Counted from the first letter of the whole stretch, positions 1 through 12,602 are shown. The stretch: 62,546 bases of DNA, filler included, from Sphacelaria rigidula (GCA_964200075.2; 5 parts of 5 records of this genome joined end to end with filler, not necessarily neighbours in it); one strand, 5' to 3'. The notes: generated by a model not told the origin, from the sequence alone. Numbers and translations are program-made.

Positions 1-544
1 TAGAAACAGTGCCCCGTCCCGAAAGGGATCCGCGCTCACCGCCCAAACGACCAAGTCCTCCAACAATTGCCCCCCCCCCCCCCCCCCCGTTCATGTGTTC
101 ATTTCTTTCCTCAACTCTTGATATGTCTTTTCGTTAAGTCACCTTCTTTTTTATTCTTCTTTCTAATGTATACTAATTTGAATACCTGCAAGGCTGCTGC
201 TTTCAACTAGACAGTTTTTTAATTCCAAGCAAAAGGCGGACCGAGCTCGCCAACAAACATGGAAAACCAAACATTTATTTTTATTTTTATTTACGAAAGT
301 GCCGAAAGTTGAGCCTGCCGCAAATATGGCGGCGGGATCTACTACCGGGCAGTAGCGTGACTTGATTCAGAACGGTGGCTTGTTGATTACCGTTCGCTGT
401 CGTGTTAAAGTGCGCGAGTGACAAAGCAACCGACTAGCATAACCGTGTCTACCCGCTACAGTACTATACTATTTTCCAAAGCCCCCTGTCCCACCCACTC
501 CTTTTCCCTGCCCTCGCGATCCTCCTCCATGGCGGCGGGTTCAG

Positions 545-1943
545 GTACCAGAATTGCAAGCAAGGCCCCAATTGTGGCAACCGGCGCCTTCAGGAACGGG
601 AGGTTGCTAAGGTGCCTCTATAATGTATTGCAGTTTTTTCTCTCTCTCTCTCGTCGTTTTGCTAGCCGAGTAGTTTGTACGTGTATGTGTGCTTTTTTCT
701 TCACCTATGCGTGTGTGTCTCCCTCCGTATTTATATATATATATTACATGTAGGTCGATTGTTCATGTACTTTTCATGTACTAATATTTATTTTTTCGTG
801 TACAGCCGGTGTGAACTCACCCAACATATATTTTTTTCTTCAATATATATATATATATATGTGTGTGTACATACGTGTATCGGTAGGCACCGCTGCGATA
901 TTCTTGGCGGAGATAGTATGTTCATATCTTCTCCTGTCTTGTTTTGTGTGCGTGCGTGTGGACAGGTGGCTGCCTTCCGCGAGCACGGCATGGGATGGGG
1001 TCTCAAATTAGCGCAGGATGTGCAGAAAAACGCGCTGATTGGGGAGTATGTCGGAGAGGTGAGGTTGGAGAGGGGGGGCGTACTCATTTGTTGCTTGCAT
1101 TAGTCGTTTGACCATTGACCGATTGAGGTTGGAGAGGGGGAGGGGGGGGGAAGGGGGCAGGCATGATTTTGCGTACCGTAGTCAAGATACCATTGATCTC
1201 GCATCCCTACAAAGCCGGGACGGAGCACGCCGGGGTTTCGCCGGACCAGGCTTGCACTTCATCACCAAGCGCGAATTGCCGTGGTATGTTCGGCGAGTTT
1301 CATGAAGGTTGAGCTGCACCCTGCTAAGATTGTCGGCCCGAACCTACTGATTATCTTGCATTCGGATGACAGCCTACAATGAGTTGCTTCATTTTCTAGT
1401 ATCGCCGCTTCCAGAGACAGCTACTGCTTATACACTGCTTCATTGGCGTCTCACCATTTAAACACTACGTAGCACGAACACCCCCATTGTGCGGAGTTGA
1501 GGTTCTCCCCACGCCGCACGACATGATCTAGCGCGACTACCATCATGGTTACCGCAAAAAAAAAGCAAGGGCGCAAGAAAAAACGGTAACCTGGTTGCCT
1601 GGCGTACGCAGTGAGTGGCGTGCTTTACTGCGTCATCGCCAACCGATGCCAACCCCATCGGGAGGGAGGGGGGGCATTTCTTACTCATTTCTTGTTGGAA
1701 GAGGTCTGTCGCTTTGATGTGTCGTTTCGTGCAGCGACTTCCATTTGAGTACTGTTTATGTCAGGTCAGGACACCCGCGTTCGCAACGGCGGGGATTTTT
1801 TTTGCCACATTCAAGCGCCCAACGAGCGTGTAAAGTGATGATGTATGCACTACATCTATGGAGTCAAGTCCTTTGTTTCTTCCAGTCAAACCACCCCCCA
1901 CCCGCCCCCCCTCTATCGTTGGATCTCTGTCTTTGTCTGTCTC

Positions 1944-2011
<68 letters not shown>

Positions 2012-3636
2012 ATCCCGTTGTGTATCAGGTGATTGACGAAGCTACCATGGAGCACCGCATGTCGGAACAGAGGCGGCTGCGGCCGTACGACGGGGAGTTC
2101 TACATGATGGAGCTGATGACGAATCTATTCATCGATGCGAAAAACAAGGGGAACCTCATGCGTCTCATCAACCACAGGTGAAATGTTACATCATTTCATA
2201 ATAATGATAATAATAACAATAATAATAAAAGTGGTATGTGAATCAAAAGGCAGGGTTCCAAGCTCTAGCCGGCGTGAAAGCTTACTTCTACGAAGCCTCC
2301 GGAAGGCTCATGGAAGGGGAGGGTGACATCAGAACCACCACACAAAAGGGACAAATTCCAAATTCCCACAAGTGTTCGTCAAACAGTCACCTTTTCACAC
2401 ACTTGGGTACATGATGCTGTCGACCCCGGCAGAGAAAAAAATAACGCACGCCAACACTTGACCCCAGTGCAACTCCTGAACAAATAATTCTCTCAAGTAT
2501 ATATGTTCCTATCAAGGCATTAGAAGTAACACAGCCGCTTCACGTCACGGTTGCGCCTTCCTTTTGAGGGTTGGCGTCGATGGGCAACAACGGCGCTATA
2601 AAGCACGCCACTCGCTGCGTGCGTTAGGCAACCAAGTTACCGATATTTTTGCGCTTGCATTTTTTTTTTTCGCGGTGAGAATGATGGCGTGATGGTTCTC
2701 GATCTAGATCATTTTGTATGGGGAGGGAGAGCCTCATCTCGGCGCGAGGGAAATGATCATACTTCGTAGAGTGAGGCACCCATGAGGTGGTGTGTGACCC
2801 GTGGCTGTCTCTGGAAGTGGCGATACCAGGAAATGAAACAACTCATTGTAGGTTGACGTCCGTATGCTAAATACCTAATCCGCGTCCGGCCAAACAATCT
2901 TGGCAGGATGCAGCTCACCCTTCATGTGACTCGCTGAACACATCACGGCGCTTCGCGCTTGATGATGGATTACGAGTTTGGTCCGGCGAAAATCCAGCGT
3001 GCTCCGTCCCGACTTTATAGGGATGCGAGGTCAATTTTCTCACGACTGTGGCATACATGATCATGGGTGCACGCCCCTCTTTTTCATGTCTGTACCGCTC
3101 TCGATGCTTGTCGCTGTGTGCGTGAGCAGCTGTAATCCCAACTGTGACGTCCAGGCGTGGAACGTGGCGGGGCACACGAGACTCGGGATCTTCGCAAAGG
3201 AGAACCTCCCCGCCGGAACCGGCTTGTCGTATGACTATAAGGTATGTGTTCGTTGCGAATGTGTGTGTGTGTGTGTGTGTGGTTGTGTGTTCTTTATGTG
3301 TGCTTCTATATTTGTGCGCACCCCAAACAATATATGACACTGTCAAAATGCGTATTGCGTACAGTATGTATTGCATTAGACGAAGTAGTCGATACTGTAC
3401 GCAGTACACTTTTTGACGGTGTAATGTAGTCATTATCCAGCGTGTGATATTTTGTGAGTGGTGGCCGAAGCCCTTCCGCAGGATGACTTGAATCCGCAGT
3501 CTCTCTCTCTCTCTCAGGGATGAAGCAGGCCGTCTATCCTTCGGGTACGTGCTTGCCTTGGATTTTTTTGGGGTGCTGGGGATGTCAGCACTCCCGTGCA
3601 CTTCTTCAAATGTCGTCAGAATTCATAGAGCGCGTG

Positions 3637-3673
<37 letters not shown>

Positions 3674-6600
3674 GTAAATTAAGAGGGGGACATGGGCAGG
3701 GAGCTAAGGGGGAAGACGTCTGCATCTCACATGATGGCATGCATGAGAACGGTACTTTTTTTCTCAATTTTCTTGAGTGCAATTTATGGACGGGATTTTT
3801 TTCAAGTGTATGAGACGGGAAGTGGAGGGGAGGGGGGTGTGCGTGCGTGCGCGTGCGTATGTTCGTTTATGCGGTACCATTTTACCAATCTGAGCGTAGC
3901 TCCACCAGATTTATTTCCTTTAGGAGGGAAAGTGGGCAGTCCCGGTTTGGTTCGTCTGAGCGGAGCGTTTTGCCGTGGCGCCAGTGAGCGCCGGCGGCAG
4001 ACCTGCAGTGTTTCTTGAAACGACTCGATTTTGGATCATGCCTGTTTCACATTTCCCGTACCAGTAGCAGAGGCTCACATCCCACCCGACCTCACCCAGC
4101 TCACCCATTATAAGGCGGCTGTTTTCTAGACGGGCCTCCACGCTGCGCCGGTGGAAGTCGGCTTGCGCCGTTACTCCTCCGGCAGATACAGAGCCCGATC
4201 TTTATCAAGGCCGAGTCCCAAATAAAGGCGGCCAATTTTACCTGCATTACCTGTACACCGCCATATTTTACGGACCACTACACGGTACCTCGTCGGCCAC
4301 ATGCGCTGCGTCAGTTTTCTGCACACCTCACCCCGTATACATGAATATTTGTGTATATATATAGATATATACAAGCCGCACGGGACTCGGGGCTGCGCCC
4401 CGGTCCCGTCCGTCTTTTTGGTCTTAAGGTCACGGTATTCTTGCCTTGTCAAGCCCTCGTGACAATTGATCCTCTCGAAATGTTCATGCCCGCCGGAAAC
4501 ATTGCAGGACCTAACCGGGCCCCTAGCATTGGCATTGGCCCGAACAGTCATCTCCCGGGGCGGGTGCGGATAAACTTGCACACTAAAATCAGCAATAAGT
4601 CTCGTGAACGCCTCGTTACAAAGTATGCTTGACGCTCGTGAGTTCGAAATGTTTTCTCTCTATATATATACTATATCTCTGCCCGTCCTCCCCACTCGCA
4701 TCAACCATGTTCAGTTCTCTACGAACGAGACAGCGAAGTTTCGGTGCATGTGTGGAGCGGACAACTGTCGGGGAACCCTTGCACCTAAGGTTCGGGAGGA
4801 GGAGGTCGCGGAAGATGTGAGTCTTTTTCGTTTTCCTTTTTTTCGAAGAGCATGTTCTCAGGGTCATTCGTTATTCATGACGTGACTGGTGTGATTAGTC
4901 TGGAGCCTGTGCGAGACTTTATCGACCCCTTGCGATTGGATAGCACACGAGGCTACCACATGCACGACGTGGTCTTTTTAGGGGGCCAGTATTGATTGAT
5001 TGATTGAATGATCGTCGCACTTTAACTGACCCCCCCCCCCCAGGGGTCCAGCCGTGGTGCCATGATAGACGTACCCAAGAAAAACGAAACTGAAACATGC
5101 TCTGAGAAAAAGAAGGAACAGAAGGGAGAAAAAAAAAGGATCGAACATAACGACATAGCAGACTAAGTCGTTACAAAAAAAGGTAATCAAAAAGTCAACA
5201 CAAGCAAAGCATAGAAAGAAATGGCCGACCTATAACGAGAAAATAAAGAAGAGGTAAGTACAGAGCAAATAAATGCTTGTGAGCAAATCTTGTCTCGTCT
5301 CGCCCCGTGCCGTATTTTAACCCTGAAAGCTCCCATGTCCTCCACCATTCCAACGTGCCTTCTACAGTGCCCACCCCGTTCATGCTACGCACACAGGTAA
5401 TGCTTTTTGTAGCGGGGTCTCATGACTGCGGCATGCAAGATCATGAATACACCACTGCTGGTATTCTCCCCCACCGCCTTCCTTTTCCCCCATTTCACAC
5501 AACACAACGCGGGTATGGCGCACGACGCACGGCGTGGACAACAAAATACGCACCAGGGCTCCAAACTGAAGGGAAAGGCTCGGCGGGAGATGCTGCAGAA
5601 GCGTGAGAAGGCGGCCAGATTCAGGCAGGCGAGGAACCAGCAGGGACAGAAGGAAACGTACAAGCGCCTTGCTCTTACCGGCAGATTGCTGCCTGGTGAT
5701 AGGACTGCGGAGGTCAAGGCTGGGCCTCCCTCCAAGTACTTCGGATTCGCCAGGGTACGTTGTTCCGTTTTGGAGGGGAATGGTGGAGGGGGTGTGGAGA
5801 GGATGAAGATAGTCACCGTCATGATTTTACGAGCAGTCCGATACATCGCATGTACAAGTCGGTAGTTTGTCCGGGTGTCAGGTTTTTGTCGTGTTTGGCT
5901 TTCGCCACCAGTTTGTACTGTTCGTAGGGCTGGGTGCTGGACCAGTACACAATGACGGTACTACTGGTACTGTCAGTGTACCGGCACTAGGAGAAGGGCG
6001 ATCAGCACTACCAGTATTTCTCATTTACGTACGTCCCACTAATTGCGCCACAAATGAGGCCGGACCTTTTTTTCTGTTCTACGAACGGGGCCAGCCTAGA
6101 AACGGATTTAAAAACTCAAAGCAATATCTCATCGACACAGACGAGTTGGGCCATGATCCTCATATCGTATGAATCGTCCAACCAAGGGGAAGGTGTCCAT
6201 CTGCTCAAAAGTCTGGGCCAATCTTGATCTAACCCCATGTCTAGTCATTCCTATACCTAAGGGAGATAGCGTCCTTACTAACATCCATATAAAACCCCGA
6301 ACGTTGCATTCAGCGGATGATGATGATTTTTGGTGTGGACCTTCCATGGAGCACGGGGAGACGATAGATACCCTCACCTTTACCTAGTTCGTAATCTATC
6401 TCGAGATATGGCGCACATAATTTTCTATACTAGAATCAATATATTACGAGCAGAGGCACTAGATGCCCTAAATCTGGATATCGCGTCTCAGTTTTTGAGA
6501 ATTGTGCTATGAAATTTCGTATGGAGAACCGCTAAAGCATAAGAAAAATGAAAGAACAGCCTTTTACCTAAAAACACAAATGCCAAACGTGGGCCGGTTA

Positions 6601-9509
6601 ACGGCCTGCAAAATACTGTTCCGAATTTAAACCGGCCCGAGTTTTGGAAGGCGACTTCACAGTCCTCTACTTGGAGTTCGACCCTGAAATTTGGTATGGA
6701 CAATCAATAAGGCATACAAAAAAAGTATGCATAGTCCCAAAGTTTTTTTTTCCCCCATTACTTGGGCAGTAATCAGTTTTCAGGTTTTAGTCAAATGCCG
6801 TTAGCTGACAAAGAAGTATATATTTTGTGTCCTGCTGATTGTCCATACCAACTCCAACTATCAGTGTCCAACTCTAGATGGAAAATTGCGAATTGGCCTG
6901 CATACTCCAAATCATAAGGCTCGGGAGTGGTTTGTCCAACCATCAACCAGTTAAATGGTACATTATGGTTTGGTCATCGAGCAACGCAGCCGCGAGCCAA
7001 AAAGTCCCCCCCGGCAGAGGGGCCCCCGCCGGAGGCGCCCCCGGTGGGGTCCGCTGGAGGCGCCGTTAAAAAGTACGTCAAATTTGACTCCACTAGAGCT
7101 AAAAAGTACGTCAAATCTGGGCCAGTTTTCAAGAGCTGTATGTAGCATACGTAGCCGGTAACGCCTTATAAAGCCGGTAACGGTAGATAATGGTTTGAAA
7201 CCATGATCCAAAAATTTCATATTATCATCACCATTATTACCATTATGATGACATTGGCCAGTAATAACTGATACCATTTCCGAGCTCTACCAAATACGCT
7301 TCTCGGCTGGCCCAGCTCGTAGTGAAGCCAAATCGTGCAAAAGTGCGCCCCTCCGATGGGGCTTCGCCGCGGACCTAAGGCATACTGGCTTGCTGCGCCA
7401 GCACCCAACCCCAAGAATTTATCAACGAAAGAGTGCGGAACATGCAGAGGGTCCGTGTTGTGGGTGTGATATGAGCTTTTTCACCAGAAGTCAAGTGTCT
7501 TACCCCGCCATCGTCACGTGTTTCCCTTCCCCTCTCGCAGTTCCGTGCTTCATGGTGATGCACCCATGAGGCATCGTAACCCGTGGCTATCTCAGGAATT
7601 GCCGATACCGACAGTATGAAGCAACTCGCTGGAGCCTGTCACCATACGCGAGATAATTAGGACGCTGTGGGCCGAACAATCCTCGCAGGATGCAGGTTGC
7701 TCTTCATGCACCTCGCTGGACGCATAACGGCACTTCGTGCTTGGTGATCGATTGCGAGCCTAGTGCGGCGTAAACCCGGCGTGCTCCATCCTGGCTTTGT
7801 AGGGACGCGAGGTCAATGGTGTTCTCAAGACTGTATGCAAGATTATGAGTAGCCTCCCCTCCCCCCATGCTCCCAATAACACCCAGTCACCTCCTTCCCG
7901 CACCGTCCCGTTCCGTTTCGTCCCGGCCTTCCATCTCTGCAGGACCAGCGGCTGTTCCTCGTGCGCAATGCTCGCGCGGGGGCTGACCTATTAACGCGCA
8001 AGCGCATGTTGGTCTCGAGGGGTGACCGGCAGCCCAAGGAAGCGGCGCTGGGTAGTGCATCGTCACCCTTGTCGCCTCGGCCGGCGTGGGTCAATGAGGT
8101 CGGTGGCAGCGGGAGTGATGTCTGTTCGGCATCGGCGGCGCCCTCGGCGGCGGTGGCGGCTATGAATGTCGAGGGGGAGCCAGCGGAGGCGAGGAATGAT
8201 GCGAATGGTACCGCAGCATGTGGTGCAGGTACGAGGGGTTTGTAGAGGCTAGTGGCGTTGTTTAGGGGATCGAGATAGTGAAGGAGGTTTACGGGCTCAC
8301 TGAACCTGCAACAACTTTTGTGCAGATGCATTCGTGGCCCCTCGACTATTCTCCGCGTTCTCTGCGCGCGCCGAGCACCGTGACAAGCAACGTGCACCGA
8401 CACCGAAAGTACGTAATTCAGCGCATTGGAGCTTGACAAAAATTGTACCAAATCACCTCTCTTCCTTCTCCGCTGCCACACCCTGGTCTTGTATTTTTGC
8501 TGCACCAGACGCTGCACGCCAAAAAGAAGTCGGGCAAGCGGAACTCGTTCACGTGCTCGAAAATGTGACATGTGTGTGTGTGTGCTTGAGTCGCTCACTC
8601 GACATCTGAAAGTACAGAGCTTGTAACATCTCACAAGTACCATTTAAACCTGCAACCATTATTATCCATCCGGTGATGTAGACGACGTCCTGTAAACAGC
8701 GCTGCTGCAGATAATACAGGTTTGGACGTATTCTACCGTCTTCATTTACTCATTGGTGCAAATTTCTGTAGGCGGAATATATGTGGAGTGCGAGACGAAC
8801 AGACAGGGGGGAGAGAGAGAGAGAACAGAAGCGCTTGGTGGGGTAAAGAAAGCTGTTGCTCATACCGAAACGTAGCTGCACGGTCGTTACCGATCCACCA
8901 CGAGTTGAACAAGAGTGAAAGGTGGGACAAAGTCAGAGCTCAAGTGCATCGACGGGTCCCGAATCACGTATCGTGTTTCATGCACCACACTCGTTCTTTG
9001 TTCGTCTGCTCGTCTTTGCAAACGCACGCCGCCGGTGCCGGGACCCCACCCACCGTCCCCAAAATACACCCTCGTTCACGAAACACGCAGGAGCGGGTCA
9101 GGCTACAGGGGGTCTTGGTACTAGAGCAACACCGGCGACGCCTGCGCCGGCGGCATCTAGCAAGATGCCATCATCTCAAACTCCTGCAAGATCGGGCGCG
9201 CGGCGGAGGAGCACGGCAACGCCCATGAACACAATAACATCTGACAACGACCACCCCCCTCGTCCCACCACACCTACCTCTACTAGTACCACTACCCGCG
9301 GTCGCAAGGCCACTGCCCACGAGATCCCCACTGAAAATGTAGCCCCCCAAGATACCGCGGAGACACCTGCTCGTGGAAGAAAAAGAAAGGGAGAGGAATC
9401 GGATGGGAGGGTAGTGCCGGCCTCCCGGGGGACTGGGAACAAGCGGGGCTGTAGACCCGGTGCTGCAACACGCCGTAACAGCAACGCAGGGTCGCCTGTT
9501 GGAAAGTAG
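545..9509 (+). CDS. AWS-SET-postSET histone-lysine N-methyltransferase, NSD/ASH1/SETD2 (H3K36) class; 5'-partial, spliced
   Basis: Phase-consistent GT-AG exons: 545-611 (YQNCKQGPNCGNRRLQEREVAK, end of AWS), 966-1058 (GMGWGLKLAQDVQKNALIGEYVGE), 2029-2177 (VIDE...FYMM...IDAKNKGNLMRLINH), 3130-3241 (SCNPNCDVQAWNVAGHTRLGIFA...SYDYK), 4715-4816 (postSET CMCGADNCRG), 5557-5754, 7943-8228, 9091-9509 (low-complexity tail, TAG). The GWG, NHSC, YDY and CxCx4C motifs are diagnostic. The last three exons are less certain. Confidence 0.9.
1072..1120 (+). repeat. Truncated head of interspersed repeat subfamily B (GGGCGTACTCATTTGTTGC...)
   Basis: Near-identical to the heads at 25171 and 56141. A diverged reverse copy lies at about 10-70. 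Confidence 0.75.
1155..1660 (+). mobile_element. Interspersed repeat family A, long form (non-autonomous element, class unknown)
   Basis: Core ...TGATCTCGCATCCCTACAAAGCCGGGACGGAGCACGCC...GAGCTGCACCCTGCTAAGATTG...CCAGAGACAGC...GTCTCACCAT recurs at 2567-3075(-), 7555-7860(-), 19388-19699(-), 25061-25165(+) and 37308-37489(+). Confidence 0.85.
1947..2010. repeat. (CA)n microsatellite just upstream of a splice acceptor
   Basis: Pure AC run of about 64 nt that ends about 18 nt before exon 2029. Confidence 0.95.
2567..3075 (-). mobile_element. Repeat family A, long form, inverted relative to 1155-1660
   Basis: Reverse complement matches both the core and the 3' extension (AAGCACGCCACTC...GGCAACCA(A/G)GTTACCG) of 1155-1660. 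Confidence 0.85.
6082..7319. mobile_element. Non-autonomous Tc1/Mariner-type DNA transposon (MITE-like, about 1.24 kb) in a SET-gene intron
   Basis: Imperfect terminal inverted repeats CGAACGGGGCCAGCCTAGAAACG and CGCTTCTCGGCTGGCCCAGCTCG, each flanked by TA (6080-6081, 7320-7321). No transposase ORF. A second terminal copy lies at 12531-12602. Confidence 0.7.
7555..7860 (-). mobile_element. Repeat family A copy
   Basis: Reverse-complement match to the 1160-1460 core. The head lies next to a C-run on the + strand. Confidence 0.85.
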
Positions 9510-9579
9510 GCTGCACCGGTTGGTGTCGGTGTTTTACTGACAGGCGGTGGTGCTGAAGTAGCCGTAAAGGCTGGTGCCA

Positions 9580-10250
9580 ACGGTTGCGCTTGTGTCCATG
9601 TTTGTTGTCGGCATCAGCGTGGTTAAAAAGGGCTTCGTGGAGGCGCCCGAGTAACTTGAGTATTCTCGACGTGAACGTATTGTATCCTGGTAGATCGGAG
9701 GTTAGAAAGGTGTTGGCCGTTGGGCACGGTCTACAGTATCGTACTTGAACTTGTACAAGCTGCGGTACATTCTCTGTCGCGTGTTGCTGCAGTAGAGAAC
9801 GACGGGAACCGTGCGGAATAACGACGAGCCATCTGCGTGCGGAACGCCAGCTGTAATGGCAAATGACAGGGAAGACCTGGCCCTGAGGCATGACCGGTCT
9901 CCCATCTTTGTATCTAGAAGCACCGGCAGCGGCCTGCAGTGCTCTTGGCAGGCAGTTCGATAGAGTACGTCGGTCGTCGGGCGAGGAAAGAGCGGGGACC
10001 TTGTACGTGTCCGTGCACCGCGCATACTTTCGCCTTGTGCTCAGTCCAGTACAGAGATGAGGTCATCACACGGCGCGATCCACCCGATGGCGCACAATGT
10101 ATTCGACCGAAGCTTCGGTGTTGCGCAAGTGTTGTCCATATTGGCGCAGATAATCCCAGCGTGTGTTGAAAAAAACCGTGTAGGAAGTAGCAGATTAATG
10201 CACTATTTTACCCTGTCCAACCGGTGGTCCGCTTCCACGAGGTGTGCCGA
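9580..10250 (-). pseudogene. Possible degenerate hAT-like transposase fragment
   Basis: Broken minus-strand frames give NTRWDYL, ATE..(shift)SLYKF and HKRNRW. These resemble the hAT TRW motif and the C-terminal dimerisation motif (ERxFS...KRNRL). Weak, motif-level evidence only. Confidence 0.25.
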
Positions 10251-12430
10251 GCAATCCTGTTCATCGGTTTGTCGAAACGACTCTTGTACGTGCAGTCGTG
10301 TCGAAGTCGCCCTCCTGTACGGGTACCGTCACTGGTCACCGATCAAGTCTTCGCATGTATGAGGCTAGTTAGGCCTGGCCCGTTGACATGTAGGTGTGCG
10401 TGTGTACAGTGCTGCAGTCTCTTGATGGGACTTCCAGCAAGAGCACAGTGCCGCTTAAGCCCACTCGCGCCCTACAGCAACACGATGATACAAGGCAAAC
10501 AGTGTGTGCGCCGCTTTTGTTGGCAAGATGTTATGGGGGAAGATATTCAAAGAGGGCAAAGAGAGGGTGGGGCCTGACCCCTATCGCCCTGGGGTGCACC
10601 GTGGACCTGCTGTAGGTATTTCTGATGGCACAAACTACTGTCACAATGACCAGGATCTACTCGGAAACACCTTCGAACTACTGTGCATGTATATATCTCT
10701 CAGGAAGCCGCTTCTTGGAGGAGTGGCAAAAATCCCAACGGGCAAATTATGGGTTCTGAAATGTTTGATATCGCCTCGAAGCCCAAACAAGAGGTACCGC
10801 CGCCTCGTGTTTTAGCGTACAAGGCACCGCCTCTCACCAAGAGCAGTCTCACCCGCTTTTGCGATTCGCTAGGCTTCTGAGTTCGCAGACAGCCATGATT
10901 CAGAAAATCCGAATGGCCTCAGAAAGAAAAGTGGTGTCCGGTGACTACTCCACGCATCGTCTTGACAAATTTATGGGGTCTGATAACAAAACGTTCTCGG
11001 CCGTAGGATAGAGTGATTGAGTGGCTCTTTGTATCCGTCTGTGGACTTCGTGTCACATATGATGCCGGGCGAAACCCTGGCACTACTGTTTCTACAGTAC
11101 TGGACACTCTCAGATACTCTGTTCGGAGTTGAGATACACGCAGTGGTGGCCAAGAGAACTGGGTATGTGCCAGTACACTCTACCTTGTTTGCAGTTGTGT
11201 TGGAAGTATTTCATCTCCCCGGCTGATCAGGTGATCACCTTCATCCTATCCGGCATATTTTGCCACGGGACCGTAAATGAGACTTGTTTTCTAAAAGTCT
11301 GGACGACACTTAACGAATGTTCTGTACTTCATTTGCTTTAGAGAAAAGAAAGGAATCCCTCTCCCCTGGAATCATGCGAAGAAGGCGGTTTTCTAAGCAA
11401 AACGTGTGGAATACGCTCGGTGAACTGATGATGGTAAATCGAATCACCGCACTCATAGGCGAGATCAAACTGCTGTAATGCTACGCGAACAGCGGGAGGG
11501 GATAAGGGGGGGACCATACGTCTACGATAGCTCTCCCGCAAAACCAACCCAGGACTGTCTCGCAGAAAATGGTCATACAGCGCCTGATCTTTGGTTTCAG
11601 GTTGCATGCAGCACCTCATATGGGCGACATTGACGAAAACGAACCCTAGCGTGGGAATTCCCAGCTGCACGTTTTGCTTGGCTTCTTTCATTTCGATTTA
11701 CGCGGGGGTTTTGCCTCGCCAAACCAACACTTTTTGGGGGGGGGGAAGGGGCTATCGAAGAAAGTGGAAGTGTCCTACCTGGAATGTGATGCCATATACG
11801 AGTACTACTCACCAGACAAAACGGGATCTTACAAATTGGGGATGGATCTTTTTTTATTTGGGATGAGAAACCCGGAGAAAAAAAATCTTCATATCCACAC
11901 CAAATCTTCGAAATATGGTCCCATTTGTTGACCTACCAAGAGTGGATCCTAGAAAATGGGGTCCATCTCAAGAATGAGGTTGAAGTGGCATTTCTTTTCT
12001 GCAGGGATGACGCAAAACACTTACGACCGAGCGAAGCCATCCCCCCCCCCAAATGTCGGCAGCACTTAAGTAGCTGTGGCTTGGTGCACCTAGCGAATGC
12101 GGTGTACACGCGTGTCGATGACGATATCACCAGAGAGAGGAAGCTCCTCGCCCGTGTCCTTTGTGCGTCCTCGCTCGGCGATTACCAAACTCTCGAGGGA
12201 CTGGCATCATCGATGCTACCAGCATGTGCCCACTTTTTCATGTGCCGAAACATCGAGCTGCGGAGAGATTTTCTCTCGTCTTACAATTGCCTGTCGAGCT
12301 CACGAATGCAAAGATCGATTTCTCTCTGCCTCTCCTTTTGGACAGGACGCGCCTCTGTGCGCTGAAACACATGCCGCTGAAGAACAGGACAATGTTCCCG
12401 TCACCGCTACTACTGTTCTCTGTCACACAC

Positions 12431-12530
12431 NNNNNNNNNNNNNNNNNNNNNNNNNNNNNNNNNNNNNNNNNNNNTTAATTAATTAANNNNNNNNNNNNNN
12501 NNNNNNNNNNNNNNNNNNNNNNNNNNNNNN
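12431..12530. other. Artificial contig-joining spacer (N44-TTAATTAATTAA-N44)
   Basis: Identical 100-nt spacer with a six-frame stop linker, repeated at 24961-25060, 37490-37589 and 50019-50118. Confidence 0.97.
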
Positions 12531-12602
12531 GGCCCAACTCGTCTGTGTCGATGAGATATTGCTTTTTAGAGCTTAAACCCGTTTTTAGGCTGTCCCAGCT
12601 CG
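12531..12602 (-). mobile_element. Terminal fragment of the same Mariner-type MITE family as 6082-7319
   Basis: Reverse complement of about 6082-6152 (...GCAATATCTCATCGACACAGACGAGTTGGGCC). It ends in CCCAGCTCG followed by TA and is cut by the contig edge. Confidence 0.8.

Noticed and set aside
1745..2055. ORFs with HTHTHT or VCVCVC runs
   Set aside because: They are translations of the (CA)n microsatellite.
7316..7325. CACTA-superfamily terminus (TAGTG) for the 6082-7319 element
   Set aside because: Neither the left end nor the copy at 12602 has CACTA/TAGTG. All three ends share only the flanking TA, which fits Tc1/Mariner.
10470..10620. 5S rRNA-like 3' end (GGGCCTG...TGCTGTAGG) or short TIR pair
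   Set aside because: Only scattered short matches, with no full 5S structure or internal control region.
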